Shown: piece by piece, positions 51,301 to 61,860 of the stretch
How positions within the stretch are numbered: position 1 is the first letter of the stretch
Layout: each line of letters begins with the position of its first letter
DNA from: Monocercomonoides exilis PA203
Lineage: Eukaryota > Protista > Preaxostyla
Direction of reading: 5' to 3'
NCBI GenBank assembly: GCA_001643675.2
Contig: LSRY02000059.1
Location: 431,362-495,361, forward strand
Length of the DNA stretch: 64,000 bases
Made by a program: the position numbers and the translations under genes
Notes under the pieces: model-generated
What the model was told of the DNA's origin: nothing
Seen by the model: the letters and a program-made list of their open reading frames with translations, nothing else
Database searches by the model: none

Positions 51301-54300
51301 CATGCTTTATCGAGTAAGGACCAAAATAATTCGGTATACCTGTCTCGTGAAGGAGATTTGCAACAAGTTTTCTCAGCACTCTTGCGGAAAGTGGAATCTT
51401 TGTGCGATCGTTAATAAACAAGTGGTCAGGGTTGTCTTGAAGTTTGCTTATTCTGGACCACAATTCACACACTGCTGAGGCAGGACATATTGAAGGAGTA
51501 TCTGTGAGAAACGGTATTATAATGTCTGTTCTTTCGGGTCCTGTTTTCAGCGAAGTATCCAATGCAATTGAATCTTCTCTCACTGCAGAATGTTTCAGAC
51601 TGATCCGCTCGAGCTCGGTGAACCGGCAGGCGGAGAATAGCATGCAAAGACAAATTGTTTTCTTCGTGAGAGTAGTGAAGGATAAGTTCGCGTTCTCGCC
51701 TAGCCCCGATATATAATCAAGAAGTATTTTGGGGTTCCATATATCAGGCTTATTTTTCTTCTTCCTCCTTTCCAATCTTTTAAATGATCGGAAGAGAAGC
51801 TTCATAAGCGGGTAATCTCCCAAACTTCTCTCGAATAATAATTGAGAAATGAGAGAGATGGCAGATCGTATTTTACAAAGGGATTGCTCCTTCAGCCCCT
51901 TGTTGAAAAGCTTAAGGAAAACATCGGCACATCTAACGACCCAATTGAACCAATCTCCAACAGAAAGACCATAGCCGCAGTTTGTCCACTGGTCTCCGAA
52001 ATGAGCATAACTGAGTAAGTACCCATGCCACGTCGAAGGCGAAAGACTGGATTTGCACAGATCACATATATCCATTGGAAATCCTCTTGTTTGCAAAACT
52101 CCTTTGAACCAGTGTTCTCCATTGATCGCTAAGGATTCATCAGTACAACTCGAAGCTTCCCTGGTGGCAGGCAAGCATCCATCCTCTTCATCCATGGTCC
52201 CGGGGTAAGAAGTTCGCTCTGGCTCTTCCACATCCATTCTATATGGGTCGTTCTTTTCAACAACGGCTCCCATATTTGTCCCTTCCAATCGGGAAGAAGG
52301 AGAAGACCTCGAGCTCGTTCGAGAATCATTTTCCTGATTGTCGGAAGAATGAGAGGAATTGGAGGATGAGCAAGAACTGTCTCTCCTCGCCAAGGCTGCT
52401 GCAGACCGTCTTCGTTTATCGGGCTTCCTGGCCCGCACCATCTGCTCACTTTCTTGTTTTGTTTTGTGGCGAAAGCGTCCAACGTTATGTTCAATCTCAT
52501 CTTCGTTACAAGCTCCTTGTAGGATTCTTGCTTTATCTGATAGTCGCCTCCCCTTTCTAGCCTGGAAAGAGAATCGGCCCTTTCGTTTCTTTGACCGGGG
52601 ATGTGTTGCGCTTTCACTTGAATCTGCATCGTGTGCGTTTGTTTCCAAATCTTCAATAGGAGTCTTCTCAAATTCGCTCCTGCCCGCCACCTGTTCAGGT
52701 TGAACACCGATGTTGAGTTGTCCGATCTGATAAGTAGTTTGTGGATGCGATTGGATAACAGAATTGGGGAGAAGTGAGTTAGAGCTGACAAAATTGCGAA
52801 CATCTCCCGATAGTTTGAACTTTGATTTCGTTGCCAATAGGGGAGTCTGCGATGAAAATCCAAAATACTGTTTCCGATTCTTAAATAAGCTCCAACAGCT
52901 TTTCTGGAAGCATCCGTCGTAAGTGTTGCATCTGGAAGAAAGAGTGGGCATAGTTGTCTTGGCGTGTTGGTTTTCAACCTCGATATCCATTTGGTTAGAT
53001 TGGGGAGAATGGACTGGTTGATCCTCATCTTCCCTCTCCATCCCACCATCGAAACCATTTTGTTTAAAGTGCGATAAAGATCTGAGAGAAACAGAGAAGC
53101 TTCTCGAACCACGAACCTTGTAGCGTTCAGCTTTCCAATGAACGCTGCAAGGTCTCTTACTCTCACTTCTTTCGCTCTGAGGGACCTCCTCCTCCATCTG
53201 GTACATTCCTTTATAAGTTCTTTCGTTCTCATCATTTCCAGAGCTACATTGAACTGGTGCGTGTTCCACTCGAAACCCAAATAGGTGAAAGTTTGTGAGG
53301 GAATCAAATGACTCTTTTCTGTGTTTACCAGAAGACCAAGGCTTTCGAAAAGAGAAACGACTTTCTGAGTTATCCATTTTAATTTCTTTTGGTTTTGGTG
53401 AAGAAGAATAATATCGTCGAGGTACGCGATTGCTCTTACGTTCCATTGCTCCCGGATGAATTGTATCACCTTCCTCATGATTTTTGTAAAGATTCTTGGA
53501 GAATCTTTGTATCCAAATGGCATTCCGTTGAAACAGTAGTAATTTTCGTTGAATTCGAACGCAAGAAACGGCTTGAAGTTGTCGTCCACTTTCACTAAAT
53601 AGTAGGCCTGGCTTAGGTCTAAAGTTGTTGCATAATCTCCTCTTGTTATAATTCGTTCTAGTGACCTGTAATCCTCCAGTTTGAAATGGATTGACTTCGT
53701 TGCATTGTTCAACGCTCTGCAATCGATAATTTGTCTCCATCCCCCTTGTTTTTTCTTTATCACAAACACTGGATTTAAATGTTTCACCTTTCTTTTCTGT
53801 ATTTTTTTGTATTATGTTCGTTTCGAGCTGATTCTGGATCAGCTTTGCCATCGCTTTGGTTGCTTCCCCCCTGATTGATGGGGGCTGTATGTTTCCATTT
53901 TTGAGTTTAGTAATTTCTCCCTGGCTATCCTGTTTTTCCAAATTGGAATGACGCCTCTTTTTACCAACTTCTCTCCATCTATCATTCTCCACGCTTCTCG
54001 AAAATATTCCGTTCTTCCTCCAACAATTGAAGGTGACTGGCTTAGTTGGTTCCCGTTCCCCTGGATCGCGTTTGAGAAGGACTTCTGCGGTATGTATTTG
54101 AGGTTTTTCTCCCTGCCCACGACCGGGGACCCGAACGAAAAAACCGAGGGCGTTGGTAGCTTTCATGTTTTCCATATCTGCTTTTGCCAAAGGATTTGGA
54201 ATTAAATGAGAACGAAGTCCATCTTTTCGCTGTTGATTGTGAGGTTTTCCTGACCTCTTCCAATAAATCACTTTGCCTTTTCGTTAGGAGCGGTGATGCT

Positions 54301-57300
54301 GAATCCTCTTTCATTCTCGCTGCTTCGGTAAATCCAAATCTCGCTTGGATGCGAGCGTTTCTGGCTTCTTTCAAGGCTTGTGCAAGCAGTAAACATGCTT
54401 GCGCTACGGCACTCTGAGCTTCATCATCTTTTGTTTTCGTATGGGCAAATAAAATAAGTTTCATTGCGGGGTAAAGAAACGTCTCACATCTTTCTCCTGC
54501 TTGATCTAAGGCGTCTTTGTACGGACTGGTAGTCCTTACAAAAGGTGGAGGCGCATTAGGGAGGAAAGGGGATAAGTCTTCTGTCTTCAACGAAGCAACC
54601 AAGTCATTTATCTCCTGTTCCGGTAATGGAAGATCATATAACGATAATTCCGGTGCTCTACCAAATATTTTAAGAAACGAATTTTCCAGTGTAATTTCTT
54701 CTTCTTTTTCTTCGCCAAGGGTGGTAGAAGGTGGGGAGAGTGAGGATGAAATAGAAGAAGGTTGGGAAGCGGAAAAGGGTCCGGGAAATGTCGGAAACCC
54801 GCTTGTTGGACCACCAGGCAGCGCAGCTGCGCTCGGTTCGGCCGCAAGTCCTGTTCCCAGAGGATTGTTAGGGATCATCATTTTTAGATCAGTGATCGTG
54901 ACTGACCCTTAAGTGATGATCTCTCGTAAATAGAAGAGAAGGAAGTGAGAGAATGTTTTCTTTTAAATCAAAGTGCTTGCGCTTTGATTAAAGGGAAACG
55001 GAGCAAAACTTAAAGCAAATCAATGTCACATTCATTCAGATGATTGTTCTGCTCTATTTATTTCGTCGTTGTTTATTGCAACTGATGGAGAAATTGAAGT
55101 TGAAAATTGTGTTGTTTACTCTTTTTCTTTCATAAATTGTTCACTGTTTTATCTTGAATATCCAGCTATTATAATTTGGAATGGTGTAAATATTTCTAAT
55201 ATTTATCGAAACAATGGAAATGGTTCAGTTATAAGTCATTCACTTGTTCAAAACGAAGGGATGCATTTATCAAACTTTTCACTTGAAAATTGTTCGTGTG
55301 TGAATGGTAACGGTGGTGGTGTTGAAATAACAGTAACGAATGAAAGTGATCTTTTTTTTGGACTACCTCCCGTAAATTCAGTGATAAAAAAGTGCATCGC
55401 TCAATATGGAAACGGAGGAGGGATTTATCTTCATTTGGCTGATGGAGCTCAGTCATTCGTTTTGAGGGATGTTTCATTTTCTGAATGTGATGCCAGAGAG
55501 GGAAAGAAATCTTCATCAACGCACATGATCTTTCGAGTGTGATTAACAGAGAATCGATCAGCTTTGGAGTTGAATTGAATGATTTCACAAAATTGAATGG
55601 ATTTGAGAGATCAACGCTGAATGAAACATTTGCCATCCCGCTGGTGGTGTATCTGTGGAACAACTTTTCAGCTCCAGCGTTTGTGGGAGGATCTTTGGGC
55701 CATGATTTTTCGATGTGTGGATATGAATCATCTCCATGTTCGACTATTTTGAAGGCAGTGTCACTCCACTTTGAAGGGAAGAATAAGGATGTCTCAATTT
55801 GTGAGCCATTTTCATTTGATGAGGAATTGGATTTGACCTCAAACGAATGGAGCATTGCATCCAAAGAGAATGAAATGAAGTGTGAAGTTTCTGACCAGAA
55901 AGAAGGAGCACAAAATGGATTGGTTGAAAGCTCTGTCAGTGTGTTTGTGACAGGAATTATCTTTTCTTTGAAGAAATCGCTGACAGATCATGAAAGTGTG
56001 TTTGAGTGCCATTCAGAGAAACTCACACTGACCAAATGTGGGATGGAAGGAGGGGATGAGGCTATTTCGACAGTGTTTGTGAAGGCTGCTGGAGGGGTAG
56101 TGGAGATTAATGAGTTTGCAACAAAGAATATGAAAATTGGAGATTCATCGGTATTTGTTGTTGAAGGGAATGCAGAAAGTGTGCCTTCGATGAATATGAC
56201 GAAGAGCAATTTTGCTGAAATCACATTTGGCGATGGGAGCGTTGTTGAGTGCCATAACGGAAATATCGATGAGATGTCAGGATGCACATTTTCATCGATT
56301 ACTCGTTCGAAGGAAAGTGGAGGATGCATAAGTGTTGTGAACAATGAGAATGATGATGATGGAAGAGAGCACAAAGTGGAAATAGATGACTGCACATTTG
56401 AAGGGTGTGCTGTTGCTGGAGATAAGGGAAATGAGATTGGAGGAGGTGCATTCTTTTATGAAGCATCTGCAAACACAAACCTATTGATAAGCGGGTGTGA
56501 GTTTTATTGCTGCACAGCACCACATGAAGAGGAAGGAGTTGGATATGGAGGAGGAATAATGCTGAAGATGCAGAAACAAGAGGAAGAGGAAGGAAAGGCA
56601 GGGTTTGTGATATCCTCGCCTGTTTTTCGACTGACAAGCCGAATAATGCGAAGTTTGGGAAAGACTTATTCATTTCATCTCCATTGCTCATCAAGAGCAT
56701 CAAGAACGAAACATTGCCATTTGTGAAAGATAGACTGGAGTTGCTGACAGAAGACTCGATGAGGGGATATGATGGGGGAAATAGGGAGTGTGCAATCCCA
56801 CTGATCTATTTCTGGAAAGAGATTGGATCGAGCGTGTTTATTACAGAGGAAGGAAAGAATGTGGCGGTGTGTGGGTTGGAAGAATATCCGTGCAGATCTG
56901 TTGATTATGGGCTGAAGAGAACAGTCAGTTCTGGAGTCGAGCGCATGATAATTCATGGGGTTTGCGATGCAAGGAGTGTGATTGAGATGAGTGGGATGAA
57001 GGTGGAAGGAACAAATGGCGAAACAGACAAAATCCAATTTGTGAAAGCGATTGAGGGTGATGGAGATGCTATTGTTGAGTGCAAAGGGGCTGTTCAATTC
57101 AAAGAAATGGGAATGGTGATTCCGACTGCTTTTGATAACGGAGCAAGCATTCTCATCCAGACAGGTTCAGATGCAATCAAAACGAGCATTGTGAGCTGTT
57201 CAATCAGCACACATGGCAGTGCCGAAGGCGAGGTGTCATTTGTGCTGATCGGTGCCTCGAAAGGAATTGTTGAGATTGAAAAGACAAACATCGCAGGATT

Positions 57301-60300
57301 GTCATCGATGTGTGAGATCATGAGTGTGTCAACAGATTGTGCGATAGCAATGAACAATGTGACATTTGAAGATATTGCATTGAGCGGGAAAAGTGCAGTT
57401 GCGATGAGTGAAAATACGATTGCTTCAAGCGAAAAGAATGATGCAGAAGAAGTATGGAATATTCTATTTGAGCAATGCATATTTGCGAATGTGAAGCACA
57501 GTGCGACAATCAACCCTTCATTGCTTTGCTGTGATGTGTCGAATGATGTGAGATTGAAAATGGAGAATTCGACAATTGATGGGTGTGGATCGGCAAGCTC
57601 GAATGAAGGAGGAGGAATGTTCTTCCTCCTCAATGAGAGGGGGAAGCTGGAGATGAACCACACGAATGTGGTAAAATGTTTCTGCTCGAACATTGGGAGG
57701 GGCGGAGGGATGTTTTTGAAATCGCAGAGTGTCTCACAGGAAGCATTGCCATTTGTGCTGTCGAATATCACATTGCGAGAGAATGTTGCTTCGAAAGGGA
57801 GGGATGTGTTTGTGAAGTGCACTGACCTTGACTCGCAGATAAGTGAATCACAGTTCCTGATAAACTTCGGGGAGCCGTTTGTGAAGGAGCTGGCAATATG
57901 GGGATGCACAGCAGACAATTATGGGGATGAGGAGGATTTGCTGCGAAGAGTGTTTGTGTTCAGAAGTGAGTTCATATTTGTGTCTTCTGTTGTGGGGAAC
58001 AGCAGCGACAGCAAGCAGTGTGGGGAGATGAAGAGCACATGCTCCTCGCTGGATGTTGGGGTGAGCCACATCATCCCATCAGATTATTCGCAGTTATTGA
58101 TCTGGAATGAAACAACATTGACTGGCTCGTGCTCTGCTCAAAGGGTGACCATCAAGTCGATGGAAGCAAGCAGGAATGCCGAAATCAAAGTGAGCGAGAT
58201 CAGTTTGGCAGATGAGGGAGTTGTGAGAACTTCAGAGTCTGTTCGACTTGAGAAAGTTTCATTTGTTTTTGGTGGAATGCAGAATGTTGTCTGCTCGTGT
58301 TTAATACACCAATTGAATGGATCTCTAATTCTCGAATCTGTTTCGTTTCATTCAGAGAGCAGAACAACAGCGAATCCACAGCTCCTTTTCGATGCTTCTC
58401 TGATTGTTGTTGAAGATGGGGTATTTGAAGCAGATGCGTGCAGCGTTAACAGTTTGGGATTCACAAAACCTGTTTTCAACATATTGGGTTCGGAAAGAGC
58501 ATCATTTGACGATCTGGGAGTGGATGATGTTCGATGCAAGAGTTCGGTGATTGAATGTGGAAAGAGCGAGAAAGTGAGTGTTTCAAGGCTGACAGGCACA
58601 AACATCACTCTTCAAAACGAAAGTCTTATCTCATTTGAAAACGGCCATTCTTCTCTGTTTGTTTCGTTGGTGTTGTCATCGTTTTCAAATATCAGCCGAT
58701 CGGCAAGTGGGTCTTGTATTGTCTGCACAACTCACCCGATGGGCTGTTTTGAGATGTGCAACTGCTCGCTCAGCAAGTGCTCATCAGAGTCACAAAAGGG
58801 GAGCCAGGTGGCGATAACATCGGCAGAGAAGATATTGATGGAATCGTGTGTGTTTGAAGGAAGTTTAGAGGAAAGAACCGAGAATTATTTGAATCGAGAA
58901 GAAGAAATATGCCGATGGAATGGATCTGTTGTTGATGTTGCGAAGAGTTCTGCGATGCTGAAAGATACAACAATCTTGAATTCACCAGAGGGTGGAATAA
59001 CAACGAGTGGAGGAAATGTGAAAATTGAGAAAGGAGAGTTTTTGAATAACAATCCATCGATTGAAGGATATCCTTCGCTGAGAAGAAACATCATCTGCTC
59101 TGATTCAGGAATATTGAATGTGATGAGTTTGAAGGGAGGAGATGGATTGGAGAGAAATACATCACTTTGGATGTTGGATGATGGATGCAGTTTTGAAGGG
59201 ATTGTTTCTGAAAGAGATTCATCATTCGTCATTCCTGTGCTGGAGAGCGTGGAAGCAAAAAAAGAGGCAAATAGAATGAAACTGACATTCAAAGGGATGC
59301 TTCTTGTTCCATGCAATCTGTCATTCTCTGTTGCGAAGAGGAAGGGAGATGAGAAGGAGATTGAAAAATACGATTTTGATATGGAAGGATTCTTGTCAGA
59401 AAGAGAAGCAGAAGGGAGCGTGGCAAAAGATCTCCTCAGCAGTTGTGGAGATGAAATCGAAGTGAGTGCTTCAATTTTGTTTGGCAACGCAGAATCTCCT
59501 TCCTCAACAAATCCATTCATTCTGAAGAATGCAAGTGAAGCAAAGGGTGGAGATGAAAGGATTGTTGAAGGTGAAAACAAGGAAATGTCCATATGGCCAA
59601 TAATCGTTATCGTGCTTGTTGTGATTTTGTTGATTGTTCTTGTTGGATTTATTTTGTTTGTTGTTCGATGGAAAAAGCAAAAGAGACGGACAGAAGAATT
59701 GGAGGTGATTGTGGAAGACAATATCAGAAAGGATCCGAAGGCGATTGAGATGGTGACAATGGAGATGTCGCCTGAGGATCAGTGGAGAAGGGCTGAGAGG
59801 GAGGCTGAGAAGAAGAATGAAGAGAGGATAAAGAAGATGGTGTTTGAGAAAAGCTTGGGACACTCCGAGTCATCAGAGCATTTATTGAGTGAAAGTGGAT
59901 CGACTGAATACATCCTGGGGAGAGATTCAGATAAGATTCCTGAATGGATGCTGGAGAAGGTTGAAGAAGAAGAGATAAGGAAGAGAACACCATCGCCATC
60001 TGTTTCATCCACTTCAACAACTGACTCAGATTCAACATTTGTTCGTGGGGAGGATCTGTGCCCCACCACCTCATCAATGTCGAATCTGGTGGATGCAATG
60101 GCCTGCTCCTCGCCTCATGAGAAGCTGATTGTGGATCTGAGGGATTCGCTGTTCATGCTGTTGCACGGGAGGAATAAGACGAAGGAGATGGCAATAGGAA
60201 CTCTGAAGGAGAGGGAGCAAACAGCTGCTCAGATCCTGTTCTGGGTGGCCAACCTTGCTCTCCATTCATTTGACGAAATGGAAAATGAGCTTTCCTCTTT

Positions 60301-60913
60301 GGCCAACTTGAGTCCCCACCTTGTGTTGTTCTCAGAGCACATGGTGATCTGCATTGTGATGCATTCTGACTTATTGTCAGATGATGATTCAGATTCATCA
60401 TCAATCTCTTCATCAACAGTTGCAACGTCTGTCAGTGATGATGACAGAGACTCACTACCCTCGTCTGCCTTTGAGGATGAAGATGACTTCAGAAAAGAGT
60501 GCCTGAGGTGGAAGGCGCCCGAGCTGCTGATCAACAAGAAGATGGGTGCAACAAAGGAGTCGGTGGCATTCTCGATCGGGATGATGCTGTGGGAGTGCCT
60601 GACGCTCCAGATCCCATTTGGTGAGTATGAGGCAGAAATCGCTGGAGAAAAAATCAAAAATGGAGAGAGGCCGCCCATGCAGCCCATCGGCTCGTCTGCC
60701 TTCTCTGAGCTCGTCAATGCCTGCCTGTCGGTGAACCCCGCCGACAGACAGACCCTCACCAGTCTCAAGCGCCTGCTCATCCAGCACTTCCCGCCTGGCG
60801 CTGCCATCCTCACCCTCTCCGATGCAGTCGACTACACCTGCTGCTCCGACAGACAGCAGCAACTCTCTGGCTCAGCCTCGTGCAGCTCCATCTCGGCCAC
60901 TTTCATCTCGTAG
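48393..60913 (+). CDS. Giant single-pass receptor: signal peptide, Cys/GGAI beta-helix-like ectodomain, TM, degenerate TKL-like pseudokinase; interrupted by the DIRS insertion and two homopolymer frameshifts
   Basis: Hydrophobic N-terminus. Repeats FxNC...GGAI/GGGIYL and CG....PC.T/S. TM IWPIIVIVLVVILLIVLVGFILFVVRW (~59591-59670). Tail with LRWKAPE, FSIGMMLWECLTLQIPF and CLSVNPADR but no HRD or DFG. The frame is restored by joining 50287 to 54990. Further frameshifts at ~55500 and ~56625. Confidence 0.85.
50305..50357 (+). repeat. DIRS inverted terminal repeat (3' end of element)
   Basis: tctcacttccttctcttctatttacgagagatcatcacttaagggtcagtcac is the exact reverse complement of 54898-54950. 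Confidence 0.95.
50544..50648. repeat. DIRS internal complementary region (copy of the circle junction)
   Basis: 50544-50580 is the reverse complement of 50287-50323, and 50581-50648 is the reverse complement of 54921-54988. Confidence 0.95.
50700..54271 (-). CDS. DIRS ORF3: tyrosine recombinase whose long N-terminal frame overlaps RT; acidic C-terminal tail probably joined by a frameshift at ~51195
   Basis: SLSPSTWHGY...RSAIS (SAM-like core-binding part); IWNPKILLDY; LTKKTICLCMLFSACRFTEL; ICPASAV; GPYSIKHASIS; TIINYY. Adding one A to the run at ~51195 continues YYFQKDIATSCAKVIADQ into ORF 50700..51170. Confidence 0.85.
52129..54120 (-). CDS. DIRS ORF2: reverse transcriptase - RNase H - Dam-like N6-adenine methyltransferase domain
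   Basis: VGGRTEYFREAW; FVIKKKQGGWRQIIDCRALN; LDLSQAYY; MPFG; YLDDII. RNase H: TTDAS, NYREMFAI, RSDNS, HIPGQRNERADSLSR. MTase: LDAFATKQN...HPPIPLI...LPDWKGQIW. Two compensating single-base shifts in G6 and A7 runs (~53800-53871) interrupt the N-terminus. Confidence 0.93.
54042..54881 (-). CDS. DIRS ORF1, gag-like
   Basis: First ORF directly inside the 5' ITR, with a Pro/Ser-rich N-terminus, helical core and basic C-terminus. Assignment is positional. Confidence 0.7.
   Translation of the reverse strand: MMIPNNPLGTGLAAEPSAAALPGGPTSGFPTFPGPFSASQPSSISSSLSPPSTTLGEEKEEEITLENSFLKIFGRAPELSLYDLPLPEQEINDLVASLKTEDLSPFLPNAPPPFVRTTSPYKDALDQAGERCETFLYPAMKLILFAHTKTKDDEAQSAVAQACLLLAQALKEARNARIQARFGFTEAARMKEDSASPLLTKRQSDLLEEVRKTSQSTAKRWTSFSFNSKSFGKSRYGKHESYQRPRFFRSGPRSWAGRKTSNTYRRSPSQTRSRGTGTN
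54898..54950 (-). repeat. DIRS inverted terminal repeat (5' end of element)
   Basis: gtgactgacccttaagtgatgatctctcgtaaatagaagagaaggaagtgaga is the reverse complement of 50305-50357. Confidence 0.95.
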
Positions 60914-61860
60914 AACAGTGTTTTCCTCCTTCCTGCCCGATATCTTGCTCATCGGCGTGCAGGATTCGCTTCAACAAGGTGGATTAGTATTGTCGAATTC
61001 GGTACAACAAATGGTGAACTGAAATGAAACACCCAATTTGTTCCTTCCAAATACCATTTATGATTTTTGTGATTTTTTTTTTTCTTTTTGTTTGTGTTGA
61101 TGTTGTTGCACAAAATGCATCAGTATTTGTGCATCTTTTTCTGTTTATTTGCTTCTATCCCCGCCGTTTTTGTTTTTGTGACACTTCACCTTTGCCATTT
61201 TCTGCTCTTCCCCATGATGTTCGTCTTCTTTTGTGTTTGTCTTGTTTTTTTGTGTTTTTTCGAATCCAAAAAATGAAGTGATTGTTGAAAGCAGATAAAC
61301 TCAATTCTTTGAACTTAAAAATGTCACAAACCAGCAGCCACACAGAGCAGCCCTCTTTGTCACAGTTCCAGAGAGAAAGAGGAAGAGACAAAACAAAATA
61401 ATCTCAATTCCCCAGACTCATTCCCATTTGCTTTCCAAACAATTCTGAGCCAAAGGAAGAGCTGGATGTGGCTGCTTCTGTGGAACTGATGGAATTGGCT
61501 GGTGGGCTGATGCTTGTGCCTCATTGCCACTGGGCAGAAAATGTGCGAGTTGTTGAAGGCGAGAAAGCACAATGGAAGAAGACTCAAATTCCTTCTCATC
61601 TCAAATGTCCAAGGCAGTTAAATTGGCTCTTTCTCATCGCTGTGAGCCAGAATCTGTCGCATCCCAGCGGTTTGAGACTCTCGCCCCTCGGCAGTGCTCA
61701 TTCACGATGCTTCCTCAAAGTGGCACATTTCCTCCAGCTTTGCCAAACAACAAACATAAACCTTCACACCAGCAAACGAAACACATACTTTGTCAAATGG
61801 CTCGTCTAGCTTGGCCTCAACAAGAAATCTTGTTTTTGCATTTTTCAAAGCAAGCTGCCC

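Larger units (their letters stand above)
50288..54989 (-). mobile_element. Full-length DIRS1-like tyrosine-recombinase retrotransposon
   Basis: Inverted terminal repeats at 50305-50357 and 54898-54950. Internal complementary region 50544-50648 is complementary to both termini. Contains gag-like, RT-RNaseH-MTase and YR ORFs. No TSD except a shared TT. Confidence 0.95.

Noticed and set aside
55495-56640. Programmed frameshifting in the receptor gene
   Set aside because: Both shifts fall in short homopolymers, as do others in this window. Consensus error or post-insertion decay is simpler.
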